From: an uncultured Smithella sp.
GTDB taxonomy: Bacteria; Desulfobacterota; Syntrophia; Syntrophales; Smithellaceae
Direction of reading: 5' to 3'
DNA: 64,000 nt
Assembly: GCA_964547345.1 (NCBI GenBank)
Contig: CAZJMX010000004.1
Span: 5,442-69,441, forward strand
Below, piece by piece: positions 37,253 to 46,196 of this stretch. Position 1 is the stretch's first letter. The number at the start of each line of letters is the position of its first letter. Under the pieces are notes generated by a model that worked only from the letters and a program-made list of their open reading frames with translations, searched no databases and had not been told where the DNA came from. A program made the position numbers and the translations under genes.

Positions 37253-38977
37253 TCAAGCTGTCGCTTTGAGTTCTGACGCTATGCTCTTTTGAACTTCCGA
37301 AACGATATCTCCGGTCGCGCAAAGACGGTTTTCACCATTTTTCCGAAATTTCAACTCGACATTTCCCTGTGCCAGATTTTTGGATCCCACCGTAACCCGA
37401 AAGGGAATTCCAATCAGATCCGCATCTTTGAATTTAACGCCGGCCCGTTCATCACGGTCATCCAGAATCACTTCAATACCTTTTGCTTTCAGCTCGGAAT
37501 AAATATCTTCAGCAGCTTTCATCACACTTTCTTCGTTGATATTGACGGGAGTGATGATAACCGCATAAGGGGCAAGCGGCAGGGGCCAGATAATGCCATT
37601 GGCATCGTAATTCTGTTCGATGCAGGCGGCCACGGTTCGGCCGATGCCGATTCCATAACATCCCATAATCATGGTTTTTTCCTTGCCGTCTTTATCAAGA
37701 TACGCGGCTTTCATGGCCTTACTGTACTTGGTGCCCAGCTTAAAAACATGGCCGACTTCAATGCCGCGAACAAATTTAATCGCACCGGCGCAGCGCGGAC
37801 AGGCATCGCCCGGTTCGGCCACGCGCACATCCGCAAAAGACTGGACCTGCAAATCACGACCGATGTTGACATTTTTCAGGTGATAATCCTGTTGGTTTGC
37901 CCCAACGACAAAATTAATCAGGTTCATGATGGAATAATCGGCAATGACTGGGCATTTAATACCCAGAGGTCCGGCAAATCCACGCGGCGCTCCGGTCGCT
38001 TTCAAAATCATCTCATCGTCGGCCAGTTCAAGCTGGGCTACACCCAGATGATTCTTTACTTTGATGTCGTTGACTGCCTGGTCGCCACGAATCAGCACGG
38101 CGCAGGGGTTGCCGTCTGCATTGAAAATCAGCGTCTTGACGATTTGTTCGGGCGATACTTTCAAAAAGGCGCTGACTTCTTCAATGGTGCGGACATGCGG
38201 CGTTTCCACACGCTCCATCGGCAGACCATCTTTTTCGGATATCGCCTGTTTTTCGGGTTGCGGGATTTCCGCTTTCTCCAGATTGGCGGCATAATTGCAT
38301 TTTTCACAAAAGACAATGGCATCTTCGCCGGATTCGGCCATAACCATGAACTCGTGCGAGTAGCTTCCGCCAATACTGCCGGAATCCGCTTCCACTGCGC
38401 GGAATTGCAATCCACAGCGTCGGAAAATATGATGGTAAGCTGCAAACATTTTGTCATAGCTTTTTTCCGCGCCCGCTTCATCCGCATCAAAGCTGTAAGC
38501 GTCTTTCATACCGAATTCGCGGCAACGCATGACGCCGAAACGGGGACGTACCTCATCGCGGAACTTGGTTTGAATCTGATACAGGTTACGCGGCAGTTGC
38601 CGGTAGGTTTTAATATCATTGCGCACCAAATCGGTAATGACTTCTTCGTGTGTCGGCCCCAGGCAATAGTCACGGTCATTGCGGTCCCGAAATCTAAGCA
38701 GTTCCTTGCCATAATAGGTCCAGCGACCGGATTCCTGCCAGAGTTCGGCCGGCTGAACCATCGGCAGATGAACTTCCTGGGCGCCGGCTTTATTCATTTC
38801 TTCACGGACAATCTGTTCCACTTTTTGAATCACACGATAACCCAGCGGCAGATAGGCATAAATGCCACTGGTGAGTTTTCTGATCATTCCCGCCCGAATC
38901 ATAAGCTGATTGCTAACCACTTCCGCATCCGACGGTACTTCCCGTCCGGTGGGCAGGTGCATTTCCGAATAACGCAT
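37253..38977 (-). CDS. proS: proline-tRNA ligase (bacterial type with editing insertion)
   Basis: 574 aa. Class II motifs [27 protein letters not shown]-terminal anticodon-binding domain. Confidence 0.96.
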   Translation of the reverse strand: MRYSEMHLPTGREVPSDAEVVSNQLMIRAGMIRKLTSGIYAYLPLGYRVIQKVEQIVREEMNKAGAQEVHLPMVQPAELWQESGRWTYYGKELLRFRDRNDRDYCLGPTHEEVITDLVRNDIKTYRQLPRNLYQIQTKFRDEVRPRFGVMRCREFGMKDAYSFDADEAGAEKSYDKMFAAYHHIFRRCGLQFRAVEADSGSIGGSYSHEFMVMAESGEDAIVFCEKCNYAANLEKAEIPQPEKQAISEKDGLPMERVETPHVRTIEEVSAFLKVSPEQIVKTLIFNADGNPCAVLIRGDQAVNDIKVKNHLGVAQLELADDEMILKATGAPRGFAGPLGIKCPVIADYSIMNLINFVVGANQQDYHLKNVNIGRDLQVQSFADVRVAEPGDACPRCAGAIKFVRGIEVGHVFKLGTKYSKAMKAAYLDKDGKEKTMIMGCYGIGIGRTVAACIEQNYDANGIIWPLPLAPYAVIITPVNINEESVMKAAEDIYSELKAKGIEVILDDRDERAGVKFKDADLIGIPFRVTVGSKNLAQGNVELKFRKNGENRLCATGDIVSEVQKSIASELKATA

Positions 38978-38986
38978 TAATCCTCC

Positions 38987-40066
38987 TTATTTTTCACTGT
39001 CCAGGGACTTGATCTCCTCAAGTAATACCGGGACAAAATCTTTTTCTTCCACTTTTTTGTAAGCGACGCCTTTTTTAAACATCATGCCGAAACCGTTGCC
39101 GCCTGCGATGCCGATATCCGCATCCGCAGCTTCACCGGGGCCGTTGACCACACATCCCATTAAGGCCACTTTGATATACTCTTTTCTTCCGGCCAGTGCT
39201 TTTTCCACTTGAGATACCAACCCGACCAGATCAATCTGACAACGACCACAGGTCGGGCAGGAAATGATTTCAGTGCCCACTTTGCGAATCTTTAAAGCGC
39301 GTAAAATGCCATAGGCGATGGGCAGCTCCAAAAGAGGATCGCCGGTAACCGATACACGGATGGTATCCCCAATCCCTTCATGCAAAAGCGTACCGATGCC
39401 CAGCGCTGATTTAACAGCTGCGTCCACAAGTGTTCCCGCCTCCGTGACACCGACATGCAGCGGATAATCGGTTTTTGCGGCAATTAAACGATAGGCTTGA
39501 ATCATCATCGGCACATCCGACGACTTCAGGGATAGTTTGATTCGATCGAACCCCAGATTCTCGAACATTTCAATATTTCGCATAGCGCTGTCGCAGAGAG
39601 CCTCTGCAGTGACACCGCCATGCTCCAGCACCATATCCTTTTGCAGAGAACCGGCATTCACCCCGATCCGGATGACCGTTTGACGCTCTTTAGCGACTTT
39701 AACAATTTCAGAAATCTTGTCTTTGACGATATTGCCCGGATTGATCCGAATACCGTCCACCCCATTTTTAATGGCGTCAATGGCTAACTGATAATGGAAA
39801 TGAATATCGGCAATCACGGGAATGTTGATCCGCTTCTTGATTTCCGAAATGGCGTCCACGGCTTCCTGATCCGGCACGGCAATACGAATGATTTCACAGC
39901 CCGCCGCTTCAAGATCGGAAATCTGCTTTACGGTTGCCTCCACATTGCGCGTATCCGTGTTGGTCATGGATTGAACGACGATGGGCGCATCTCCGCCGAT
40001 CGCGACCTGTCCCACCTGGATCTGTCTTGATTTTCTTCTTTTTGATTCTGTTTGATTCATGGGCAC
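38987..40066 (-). CDS. ispG: 4-hydroxy-3-methylbut-2-en-1-yl diphosphate synthase
   Basis: 359 aa. VQSMTNTDT, IRINPGN, CPTCGRC...MGCVVNGPGE. Confidence 0.95.
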   Translation of the reverse strand: MPMNQTESKRRKSRQIQVGQVAIGGDAPIVVQSMTNTDTRNVEATVKQISDLEAAGCEIIRIAVPDQEAVDAISEIKKRINIPVIADIHFHYQLAIDAIKNGVDGIRINPGNIVKDKISEIVKVAKERQTVIRIGVNAGSLQKDMVLEHGGVTAEALCDSAMRNIEMFENLGFDRIKLSLKSSDVPMMIQAYRLIAAKTDYPLHVGVTEAGTLVDAAVKSALGIGTLLHEGIGDTIRVSVTGDPLLELPIAYGILRALKIRKVGTEIISCPTCGRCQIDLVGLVSQVEKALAGRKEYIKVALMGCVVNGPGEAADADIGIAGGNGFGMMFKKGVAYKKVEEKDFVPVLLEEIKSLDSEK

Positions 40067-40090
40067 CCGCTTTCTTTGACGTGTCTGATG

Positions 40091-41494
40091 TTATTTACCC
40101 AGCCAGCAGTGTAGACACAATTGTTCCGCAGGCATTCCGATGGCCTCAATCATGTCTTCTATCGCAAGATACTTCAGGGAGGTCACATTTAAATCTTTCC
40201 GGATCCACTCAATCATGGCCGCATGCTTCGACGACGATGTATCGAGATATTCCTGAGAATTTTCCAAATCCTTGCCTTCGAGGGCGCGGATCGCCTTCCG
40301 GCAGGCCAGTTCCGCATTGGTACGCGTGGATGACGCATAGATGCAGGGGAACATCAGGGGCGGACAGGCGGGGCGAATGTGAATTTCCTTGGCACCATTG
40401 TCCCACAATTTTTTAATCGTGAAATTCTTGAGCTGCGTACCGCGAACGATGGAATCGTCGCAAATAATCATCCGGTTGCCGTTAATCACTTCCCGCACGG
40501 CAGACAGCTTCATAGTGGCTACCAGATCCCTAATATCCTGGGTAGGCGGCGTGTAGCTTCTGCCATACCCCGGTGTGTATTTGACGAGCGGTCTGCGGTA
40601 AGGAATGCCGGAGGACATCGCGTAGCCAATCGCATGCCCTACGCCGGAATCCGGAACACCGGCAACAAAATCCGCCTTGACATTGTCGCGCTTTGCCAAA
40701 AAGGCTCCGCAACGTTCTCTTGTTTTTTCCACGCTGATGCCGTCGTAACTCGATGATGGATAGCCGGTATAAATCCATAAAAAGGAACAGATTTTTTTCT
40801 GGGCGCCTTCAGGTTTCAGTTGTTTGATGCCGTCAGGTGAAAGCAGGACAATTTCTCCGGGTCCGATAAAGCGCAATAATTCATATCCGAGATTTTCAAA
40901 TGAACTCGCTTCCGTCGCCACCACATAAGACTTCTTTTGCGGATCCTTGCTTTTTCCCAGTGCCAGAGGGAAGCGTCCGAATTTGTCGCGTGCGGCGTAG
41001 ATGCCTTCAGGAGTCAGGACCAGCACGCAAATCGACCCTTCAATAATGCCGCGCATGGAGGCAATGCCTTCCACGATATTGTCGCCGCGATTGATCAGGG
41101 ACGCGACGATTTCCGCATTATTGACGCCGCCTCCGGCGACTTCGGTAAAAGACGCGCCTTCGTTGAGCAGCTCATCCACCAGTTCATTTTTATTGGCGAT
41201 CAATCCTGAGGCAACCACTGCGTATCTCCCGAACTTGGAGTGGAAGATCAGTGGCTGGGGAGATTCATCCTCAATTGCTCCGATCCCGAAGTGACCGTCC
41301 ATCTTTTTGTAATCATCGACAAAGCGAGATTTAAACTGCGCCTGCGATATGCCGTGAATCGTATTGTAGAATCCTTTGGCGCCGAATACGGCCATGCCGC
41401 CGTGTTCAGTCCCCAGATGGGAATGATAATCCGTTCCGTAAAAAAGCGCCTGTACGCAATTACTCTCATCGACAACACCGAAAAGTCCGCCCAT
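40091..41494 (-). CDS. amidophosphoribosyltransferase (PurF) homolog lacking the N-terminal catalytic Cys
   Basis: 467 aa. The PRTase part is intact (VAGVPDSGVGHAIGYA, MIICDDSIVRGTQ). Fe-S-type Cys are present (CSFLWIY, ACPPLMFPC, CLHC). The N-terminus reads MGGLFGV instead of MCGI(V/F)G. Confidence 0.8.
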   Translation of the reverse strand: MGGLFGVVDESNCVQALFYGTDYHSHLGTEHGGMAVFGAKGFYNTIHGISQAQFKSRFVDDYKKMDGHFGIGAIEDESPQPLIFHSKFGRYAVVASGLIANKNELVDELLNEGASFTEVAGGGVNNAEIVASLINRGDNIVEGIASMRGIIEGSICVLVLTPEGIYAARDKFGRFPLALGKSKDPQKKSYVVATEASSFENLGYELLRFIGPGEIVLLSPDGIKQLKPEGAQKKICSFLWIYTGYPSSSYDGISVEKTRERCGAFLAKRDNVKADFVAGVPDSGVGHAIGYAMSSGIPYRRPLVKYTPGYGRSYTPPTQDIRDLVATMKLSAVREVINGNRMIICDDSIVRGTQLKNFTIKKLWDNGAKEIHIRPACPPLMFPCIYASSTRTNAELACRKAIRALEGKDLENSQEYLDTSSSKHAAMIEWIRKDLNVTSLKYLAIEDMIEAIGMPAEQLCLHCWLGK

Positions 41495-41507
41495 TTCTTT
41501 CTTCCGC

Positions 41508-42020
41508 CTATTTCTTGTTGTTGATATTAAATTTTTCCATTAGCTTTTGGTAGACATTGTCCGGCACCAATCCCCGAACCGATCCTCCCAGACTGGCCAC
41601 TTCTTTGATAAGATTGGAGCTGGTGTAAAACCAGCGATAACCGCTCATCAGAAAAACGGTTTCAACGTTTTTCGTCTGGCGGCGGTTCATCAGCGCCATT
41701 TGAAATTCATATTCAAAGTCGGAAAGAGCCCGCATGCCTCGCAAAATCGTACTGGCGCCGGAACTCTTGAGATAATCAATCAGCAGACCGGAATGACTGT
41801 CTACCCTCACGCCCGGAACATCGTCGAAGATTTCCCGGATAAACTGGCAACGTTCCTCAACGGAAAACAATGAAGTCTTGCTGGGATTAAAAGCAACCAG
41901 TACAATGATGTCGTCAAATATCCTGCTTCCTCTTTTGATAATATCCACATGACCATTGGTAATCGGATCAAATGAGCCGGGATAAATCGCTACTTTATTA
42001 TCAAACTTCTCCTGTGTCAT
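41508..42020 (-). CDS. coaD: phosphopantetheine adenylyltransferase
   Basis: 170 aa. VAIYPGSFDPITNGHVDII, ILRGMRALSDFEYE. Confidence 0.93.
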   Translation of the reverse strand: MTQEKFDNKVAIYPGSFDPITNGHVDIIKRGSRIFDDIIVLVAFNPSKTSLFSVEERCQFIREIFDDVPGVRVDSHSGLLIDYLKSSGASTILRGMRALSDFEYEFQMALMNRRQTKNVETVFLMSGYRWFYTSSNLIKEVASLGGSVRGLVPDNVYQKLMEKFNINNKK

Positions 42021-42570
42021 TTGTTGCCATCCTTACAAACGTTAAAATGTTTTCTCCATATTTTCGCTGATCAGCCAAATACATTCCTTCCGGCAAAGAC
42101 TCCGGTTGTTCCTTTTGGGAATGCTGCAGAATGATGACTCCGTCCTTTTGTAAAATGCGGTACTTTCCCAATAACCTGAGTGTTTCCGCGATCAATCCCT
42201 GATGATAAGGAGGATCGGCAAAGATGATATCGAATTGATATTGCTTACCGTAAAGATCCCGCAAGGTTGATTGCACATCGGCAGCAATGATGCGACATTT
42301 TTCGGAATAACCGCACAACGAGGCATTTTCCCGGATGATCGCGGCAAGGGATTTGCTTTTTTCCACAAATACCACCGTTTTTGCGTAGCGGCTTAATGCC
42401 TCCAGCCCAACCGACCCTGAACCTGCAAATAAATCCAGAAAAAGCTGATCCTCGGGAAATCCTAAAAGATTGAAAAGAGCTTCCCGTAAAAAATCAGACG
42501 TAGGTCTTGAATTTGATTTTGACGGAAAATGAAATGTTCTTCCTTTTGTTTCACCTCCGGTAATTCTCAT
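42001..42570 (-). CDS. rsmD: 16S rRNA (guanine966-N2)-methyltransferase RsmD
   Basis: 189 aa. MRITGGETKGR, DLFAGSGSVGLEALSR, IIFADPPY. Confidence 0.88.
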   Translation of the reverse strand: MRITGGETKGRTFHFPSKSNSRPTSDFLREALFNLLGFPEDQLFLDLFAGSGSVGLEALSRYAKTVVFVEKSKSLAAIIRENASLCGYSEKCRIIAADVQSTLRDLYGKQYQFDIIFADPPYHQGLIAETLRLLGKYRILQKDGVIILQHSQKEQPESLPEGMYLADQRKYGENILTFVRMATNDTGEV

Positions 42571-42599
42571 AGCATCACTTTGGAATCAGCAAAACATCT

Positions 42600-43379
42600 C
42601 TATCTTGGAGCTTGCCCGGCGATATGATTTTTGGGGATCCCTCTTCTTTTTATGATTTTAATTAACTTAAAAACCAACCATAGCGGACCCGAAATTGCGT
42701 AACACACCATGATGACAAAAATGGTTACTCTAGGCTCAAATATGATGATCAGTAAGATGCCGACGACGACTAAAAAAGTCATAAATGGCATTCGAACCAG
42801 AAGTTTCATGTCTTTGCCACTATAATATTTGATATTGCTGACCATCAAAAGAGATAACGCAACGACCAGAAAAATAATGTAGGGATTATGAAAGGTTCCT
42901 TCGACGCCAATGTGATTGAAGAAAATGACGGTTGTGGCAATAACCGAAGCGGCGGCCGGTATCGGCAACCCGTTGAAGACCTTGCTGTCAATAATTCCGA
43001 TTTGAATATTGTATCGGGCCAGACGAAGCGCGCCACAGGCGACAAATAAAAAACCCGCCATCCACCCTTTGTCATAAAAAGCCATCGCCCAGATATAGGC
43101 AAGTAAGGCAGGCGCCATGCCAAAGGCGATCAGATCCGCCAGAGAATCATATTCCGCACCGAATTTACTGGTGGTGTTGGTGATACGTGCGATCCGGCCG
43201 TCCAGACCATCCAAAATCAGCGAAAGCAAAATAGACAAAGAGGCTGCGACAAATCGTTCTTCGATGGACGCGACAATAGAATAAAAACCCGCAAACAGAC
43301 TGCCTGTCGTAAAAAGATTCGGCAAAACATAGATGCCCTTTTTTATCCGGATATTCCTAAGACGCTTCTCTCCATTCAT
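42600..43379 (-). CDS. pssA: CDP-diacylglycerol-serine O-phosphatidyltransferase
   Basis: 259 aa. CDP-alcohol phosphatidyltransferase motif DGLDGRIAR...GAEYDSLADL. Confidence 0.9.
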   Translation of the reverse strand: MNGEKRLRNIRIKKGIYVLPNLFTTGSLFAGFYSIVASIEERFVAASLSILLSLILDGLDGRIARITNTTSKFGAEYDSLADLIAFGMAPALLAYIWAMAFYDKGWMAGFLFVACGALRLARYNIQIGIIDSKVFNGLPIPAAASVIATTVIFFNHIGVEGTFHNPYIIFLVVALSLLMVSNIKYYSGKDMKLLVRMPFMTFLVVVGILLIIIFEPRVTIFVIMVCYAISGPLWLVFKLIKIIKRRGIPKNHIAGQAPR

Positions 43380-44017
43380 GAAAGATACCCTAAAGGCGTT
43401 TGCCCCGCCCGCACTTTATCACCCACGACAACCTTAATCCGGGAATCAGGAGGTAAGAAAACTTCAACGCGAGAACCGAAGCGGATTAAACCAAATCGCT
43501 CGCCTTTCTCAATTTTCGCGCCTTCATGGGTCCAGCAGACAATTCTTCTAGCGATCAAACCGGCAATCTGCACGACCCAGACGATGCGTCCGTCTTGGGT
43601 TCGAATCATCATCTGATTTCGCTCATTTTCGGCCGATGCCTTGTCAAGATCGGCGGAGAGGAATTTGCCCTCATGATAGGAAATCTTTTCCACGATGCCT
43701 TCATAGGGGGCGCGATTCACATGCACGTTGAAAACGTTCATAAAAATACTTATTTTGGTAAACTTGCCCTGGATAACGCCCCGTAAATCGACCTCTTCAA
43801 TTCTGATCACTTTCCCATCAGCCGGACAGATCACAAGCTTTTCTTCGTCCTGAAAACTTCTTTCGGGATTCCTGAAAAAACAAATAATGAAAATTGAGAT
43901 CGCGCCCAAAATGACCATCAGCCAGATCATGCCGAATAGAGCTGCCATAATCGTGAAGATCAGGGAAATAAGGATAAAGGGGAAACCTTCAAAAGCAATA
44001 ATACTATTATGTTTCAT
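43376..44017 (-). CDS. psd: phosphatidylserine decarboxylase family protein (short type)
   Basis: 213 aa. NVHVNRAP, FGLIRFGSRVEVFLP (self-cleavage GS region). Its stop overlaps the pssA start. Confidence 0.88.
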   Translation of the reverse strand: MKHNSIIAFEGFPFILISLIFTIMAALFGMIWLMVILGAISIFIICFFRNPERSFQDEEKLVICPADGKVIRIEEVDLRGVIQGKFTKISIFMNVFNVHVNRAPYEGIVEKISYHEGKFLSADLDKASAENERNQMMIRTQDGRIVWVVQIAGLIARRIVCWTHEGAKIEKGERFGLIRFGSRVEVFLPPDSRIKVVVGDKVRAGQTPLGYLS

Positions 44018-44111
44018 AAAGTATTTTATCTTTCCTCAAATGAGATTTGTTGATATATGAATTGCGTGTTCTTGTCAATCAATCTTTGCCCTGTCGACCT
44101 ACAGTATTGCC

Positions 44112-44139
44112 TTGACATAATAGAAGGAAACTATATATT
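44112..44139 (+). promoter_or_regulatory. sigma70-like promoter candidate for the glutaredoxin/FTR pair
   Basis: TTGACA (44112-44117), 16 nt, TATATT (44134-44139), 26 nt before the ATG at 44166. Confidence 0.4.
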
Positions 44140-44165
44140 GACGCAAGCCACACCGGAGGTTTTGA

Positions 44166-44420
44166 ATGTCTAAAAAAGTAAAAATATACACGCTGAGTAC
44201 ATGTAGCCACTGCAAAGCGGCAAAAAAATTTTTAAATGAGAACCGCATCCTTTTTGAAGCGACCGACGTTGATTTGCTCCAGGGTACGGAAAGAGAAGCT
44301 GTTCTTAATGAAGTGGTTCAATACAATCCACAACGATCTTTTCCGACAATCATCATCGGCGAAAAAATAATCATCGGCTTTAAGGAAAATGATATTCGTG
44401 AGGCGCTGGACATTAAATGA
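44166..44420 (+). CDS. glutaredoxin-like protein (thioredoxin fold, CSHC)
   Basis: 84 aa. KIYTLSTCSHCKAAKKFL, SFPTIIIGEKIIIGF. ATGA overlap with the next gene. Confidence 0.8.
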   Translation: MSKKVKIYTLSTCSHCKAAKKFLNENRILFEATDVDLLQGTEREAVLNEVVQYNPQRSFPTIIIGEKIIIGFKENDIREALDIK

Positions 44421-44749
44421 CGCCTGCCGAACTTTACGATCTGCTTAAAAAAGCACAGGAGCCCAAAGGATTTATTTTCAATAAGGACAAGGACTGGGTG
44501 CTTTCAATCCTGAATGACCTTCTGGTCAATAAGGAGCGCTATGGGTATACGTGCTGCCCCTGCCGTCTGGCCTCCGGTGACCGGGAAAAAGACCGCGATA
44601 TCATATGTCCCTGCGTTTACAGAACAGCTGACGTGAAGGAATATGGAAGTTGTTACTGTAACTTATATGTTTCCAAGGGGTGGAATGAAGATAGTGCCCC
44701 TCACCGCTATGTTCCGGAACGACGTCCCACGGATAAAATATCCTTTTAA
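44417..44749 (+). CDS. ferredoxin:thioredoxin reductase catalytic-subunit-like protein (FTRc/FDR family)
   Basis: 110 aa. CPC-x16-CPC-x12-CYC (CCPCRLASGDREKDRDIICPCVYRTADVKEYGSCYC). Confidence 0.8.
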   Translation: MTPAELYDLLKKAQEPKGFIFNKDKDWVLSILNDLLVNKERYGYTCCPCRLASGDREKDRDIICPCVYRTADVKEYGSCYCNLYVSKGWNEDSAPHRYVPERRPTDKISF

Positions 44750-44832
44750 TCATATCTTTTGATAAATATTGACAAACGAGTCAAGAAACAATAAGTTACG
44801 CCCGATCTACATTACAAGAAGGGATCATTTTC

Positions 44833-45117
44833 ATGATTAATACATATATTTGCAAGAAAAAAAGCATTTTGATAGCTGAAATCTGTACGGATACAACCTG
44901 CGAATGGCGTTTGAAAAACGAAGCATTTCTAAATTGCACCTGGGTTGCCTGCAATTACGGCCCTTTTACACTGGAAGAAGTGGGTGATATGATGGGGGTA
45001 ACCCGTGAACGAATCCGCCAGATTGAAGCCAAGGCTCTCAAAAAACTACAGCACAAAAAGAGAAGAGATCAGCTTAAGGATTTCGCCTCACCAGGCAACG
45101 ATTGGGATAATTTGTAA
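44833..45117 (+). CDS. stand-alone sigma-70 region 4.2-like HTH protein with Cys-rich N-terminus
   Basis: 94 aa. [29 protein letters not shown] is almost identical to the region 4.2 of primary sigma factors as I remember it (E. coli Rpo[30 protein letters not shown]). The N-terminal 45 aa carry five Cys (C7, C18-x3-C22, C35-x4-C40). Confidence 0.6.
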   Translation: MINTYICKKKSILIAEICTDTTCEWRLKNEAFLNCTWVACNYGPFTLEEVGDMMGVTRERIRQIEAKALKKLQHKKRRDQLKDFASPGNDWDNL

Positions 45118-45123
45118 GAAAGA

Positions 45124-45894
45124 TTATCTCTTTTTCTTGCGTAACTTTTCCAGGAATAGTACTTCATTCATGTGAATTTTTCGCTCATCGCGCGCAAACA
45201 ACATTCCGCCAATGGACATTTCCATATTCAAAGCGGCAATTTTATCCATTCGGGGGACAACGGAACAGATATTTTTCAGTTCTTCAATGGCCTTTACGGA
45301 TCTGTGAGAGAGCGTTTCTGCCATCTTCTCCGCTTCTTGCATGAATTTTTCAGGTGGCGCCACTTTGTTGACCAAACCAATTCTCAAAGCCTCATTGGCC
45401 CCGATCGGTTCACCAAGCATGACAATTTCCTTAGCCTTGGTTACCCCCACAATCTGACTCAAGGGATAGAAAAGAGGACTCAACCCGAACTTCAATTCCG
45501 GATGACAAAAAATGGCACTTTCGGATGCGACAATCAGATCGCACACGGTCACGATATTAAAGCCTCCGCCCAGCGCAATGCCGCCCACTGCCGCAATGAC
45601 CGGCTTGGTATATGAATAAATCTTTTTTAAATACTGTTTCATCGATTCAAAATAATCATCGATTTCAACATTCCCCAGAGACGACATTTCCTTGATGTCC
45701 ATTCCCGCCGAAAAAACATATTCCCCGCCGGTGATAATCAATGCTTTCATATGTGGATCATTTTCAACATCTAAAAGCGCGTCGTTTAATTCCAGTCTCA
45801 TCTCTTTGGAAAGAGCGTTCATTTCATGCGCGCGATCGAATTTAATGACGGCGTAATTATTTTTCTTTTCAACAAGGATGGTCTTATAATTCAT
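45124..45894 (-). CDS. enoyl-CoA hydratase/isomerase (crotonase) family protein
   Basis: 256 aa. FSAGMDIKE, PVIAAVGGIALGGG. Confidence 0.88.
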   Translation of the reverse strand: MNYKTILVEKKNNYAVIKFDRAHEMNALSKEMRLELNDALLDVENDPHMKALIITGGEYVFSAGMDIKEMSSLGNVEIDDYFESMKQYLKKIYSYTKPVIAAVGGIALGGGFNIVTVCDLIVASESAIFCHPELKFGLSPLFYPLSQIVGVTKAKEIVMLGEPIGANEALRIGLVNKVAPPEKFMQEAEKMAETLSHRSVKAIEELKNICSVVPRMDKIAALNMEMSIGGMLFARDERKIHMNEVLFLEKLRKKKR

Positions 45895-46174
45895 TTTTCT
45901 TATCCACCTTCACTCGGAGATCTTTGCTCGTTTTAAAAAAAGGAACTTTTCTGTCACCCAACTCCACTCGAGCGCCTGATTTTGGATTGCGGCCAATGCG
46001 AGGTTTTCTCTCACGAATCGTAAATATGCCAAATCCTCTGATTTCAATTCGTTCATTTTTTTTCATCGCCTCAATCAAGGAATCCAGAATGGTCTGCACA
46101 ACTAATGCAATGTCCTTTTGAGCATAACGCTTATATTGCCCGGCGAGTTTTTTGATGAGTTCGTTTTTGGTCAT
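45884..46174 (-). CDS. ihfB: integration host factor subunit beta
   Basis: 96 aa. ERIEIRGFGIF...GRNPKSGARVEL. The cmk-rpsA-...-ihfB synteny matches enterobacteria. Confidence 0.9.
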   Translation of the reverse strand: MTKNELIKKLAGQYKRYAQKDIALVVQTILDSLIEAMKKNERIEIRGFGIFTIRERKPRIGRNPKSGARVELGDRKVPFFKTSKDLRVKVDKKNEL

Positions 46175-46196
46175 ATTCGTTTGCAGGTTAAATGGG

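Noticed and set aside
45900-45908. DnaA-box-like TTATCCACC
   Set aside because: It is a single imperfect copy inside the ihfB/ech overlap. There is no cluster, no AT-rich unwinding region and no dnaA/dnaN nearby, so it is not an origin.
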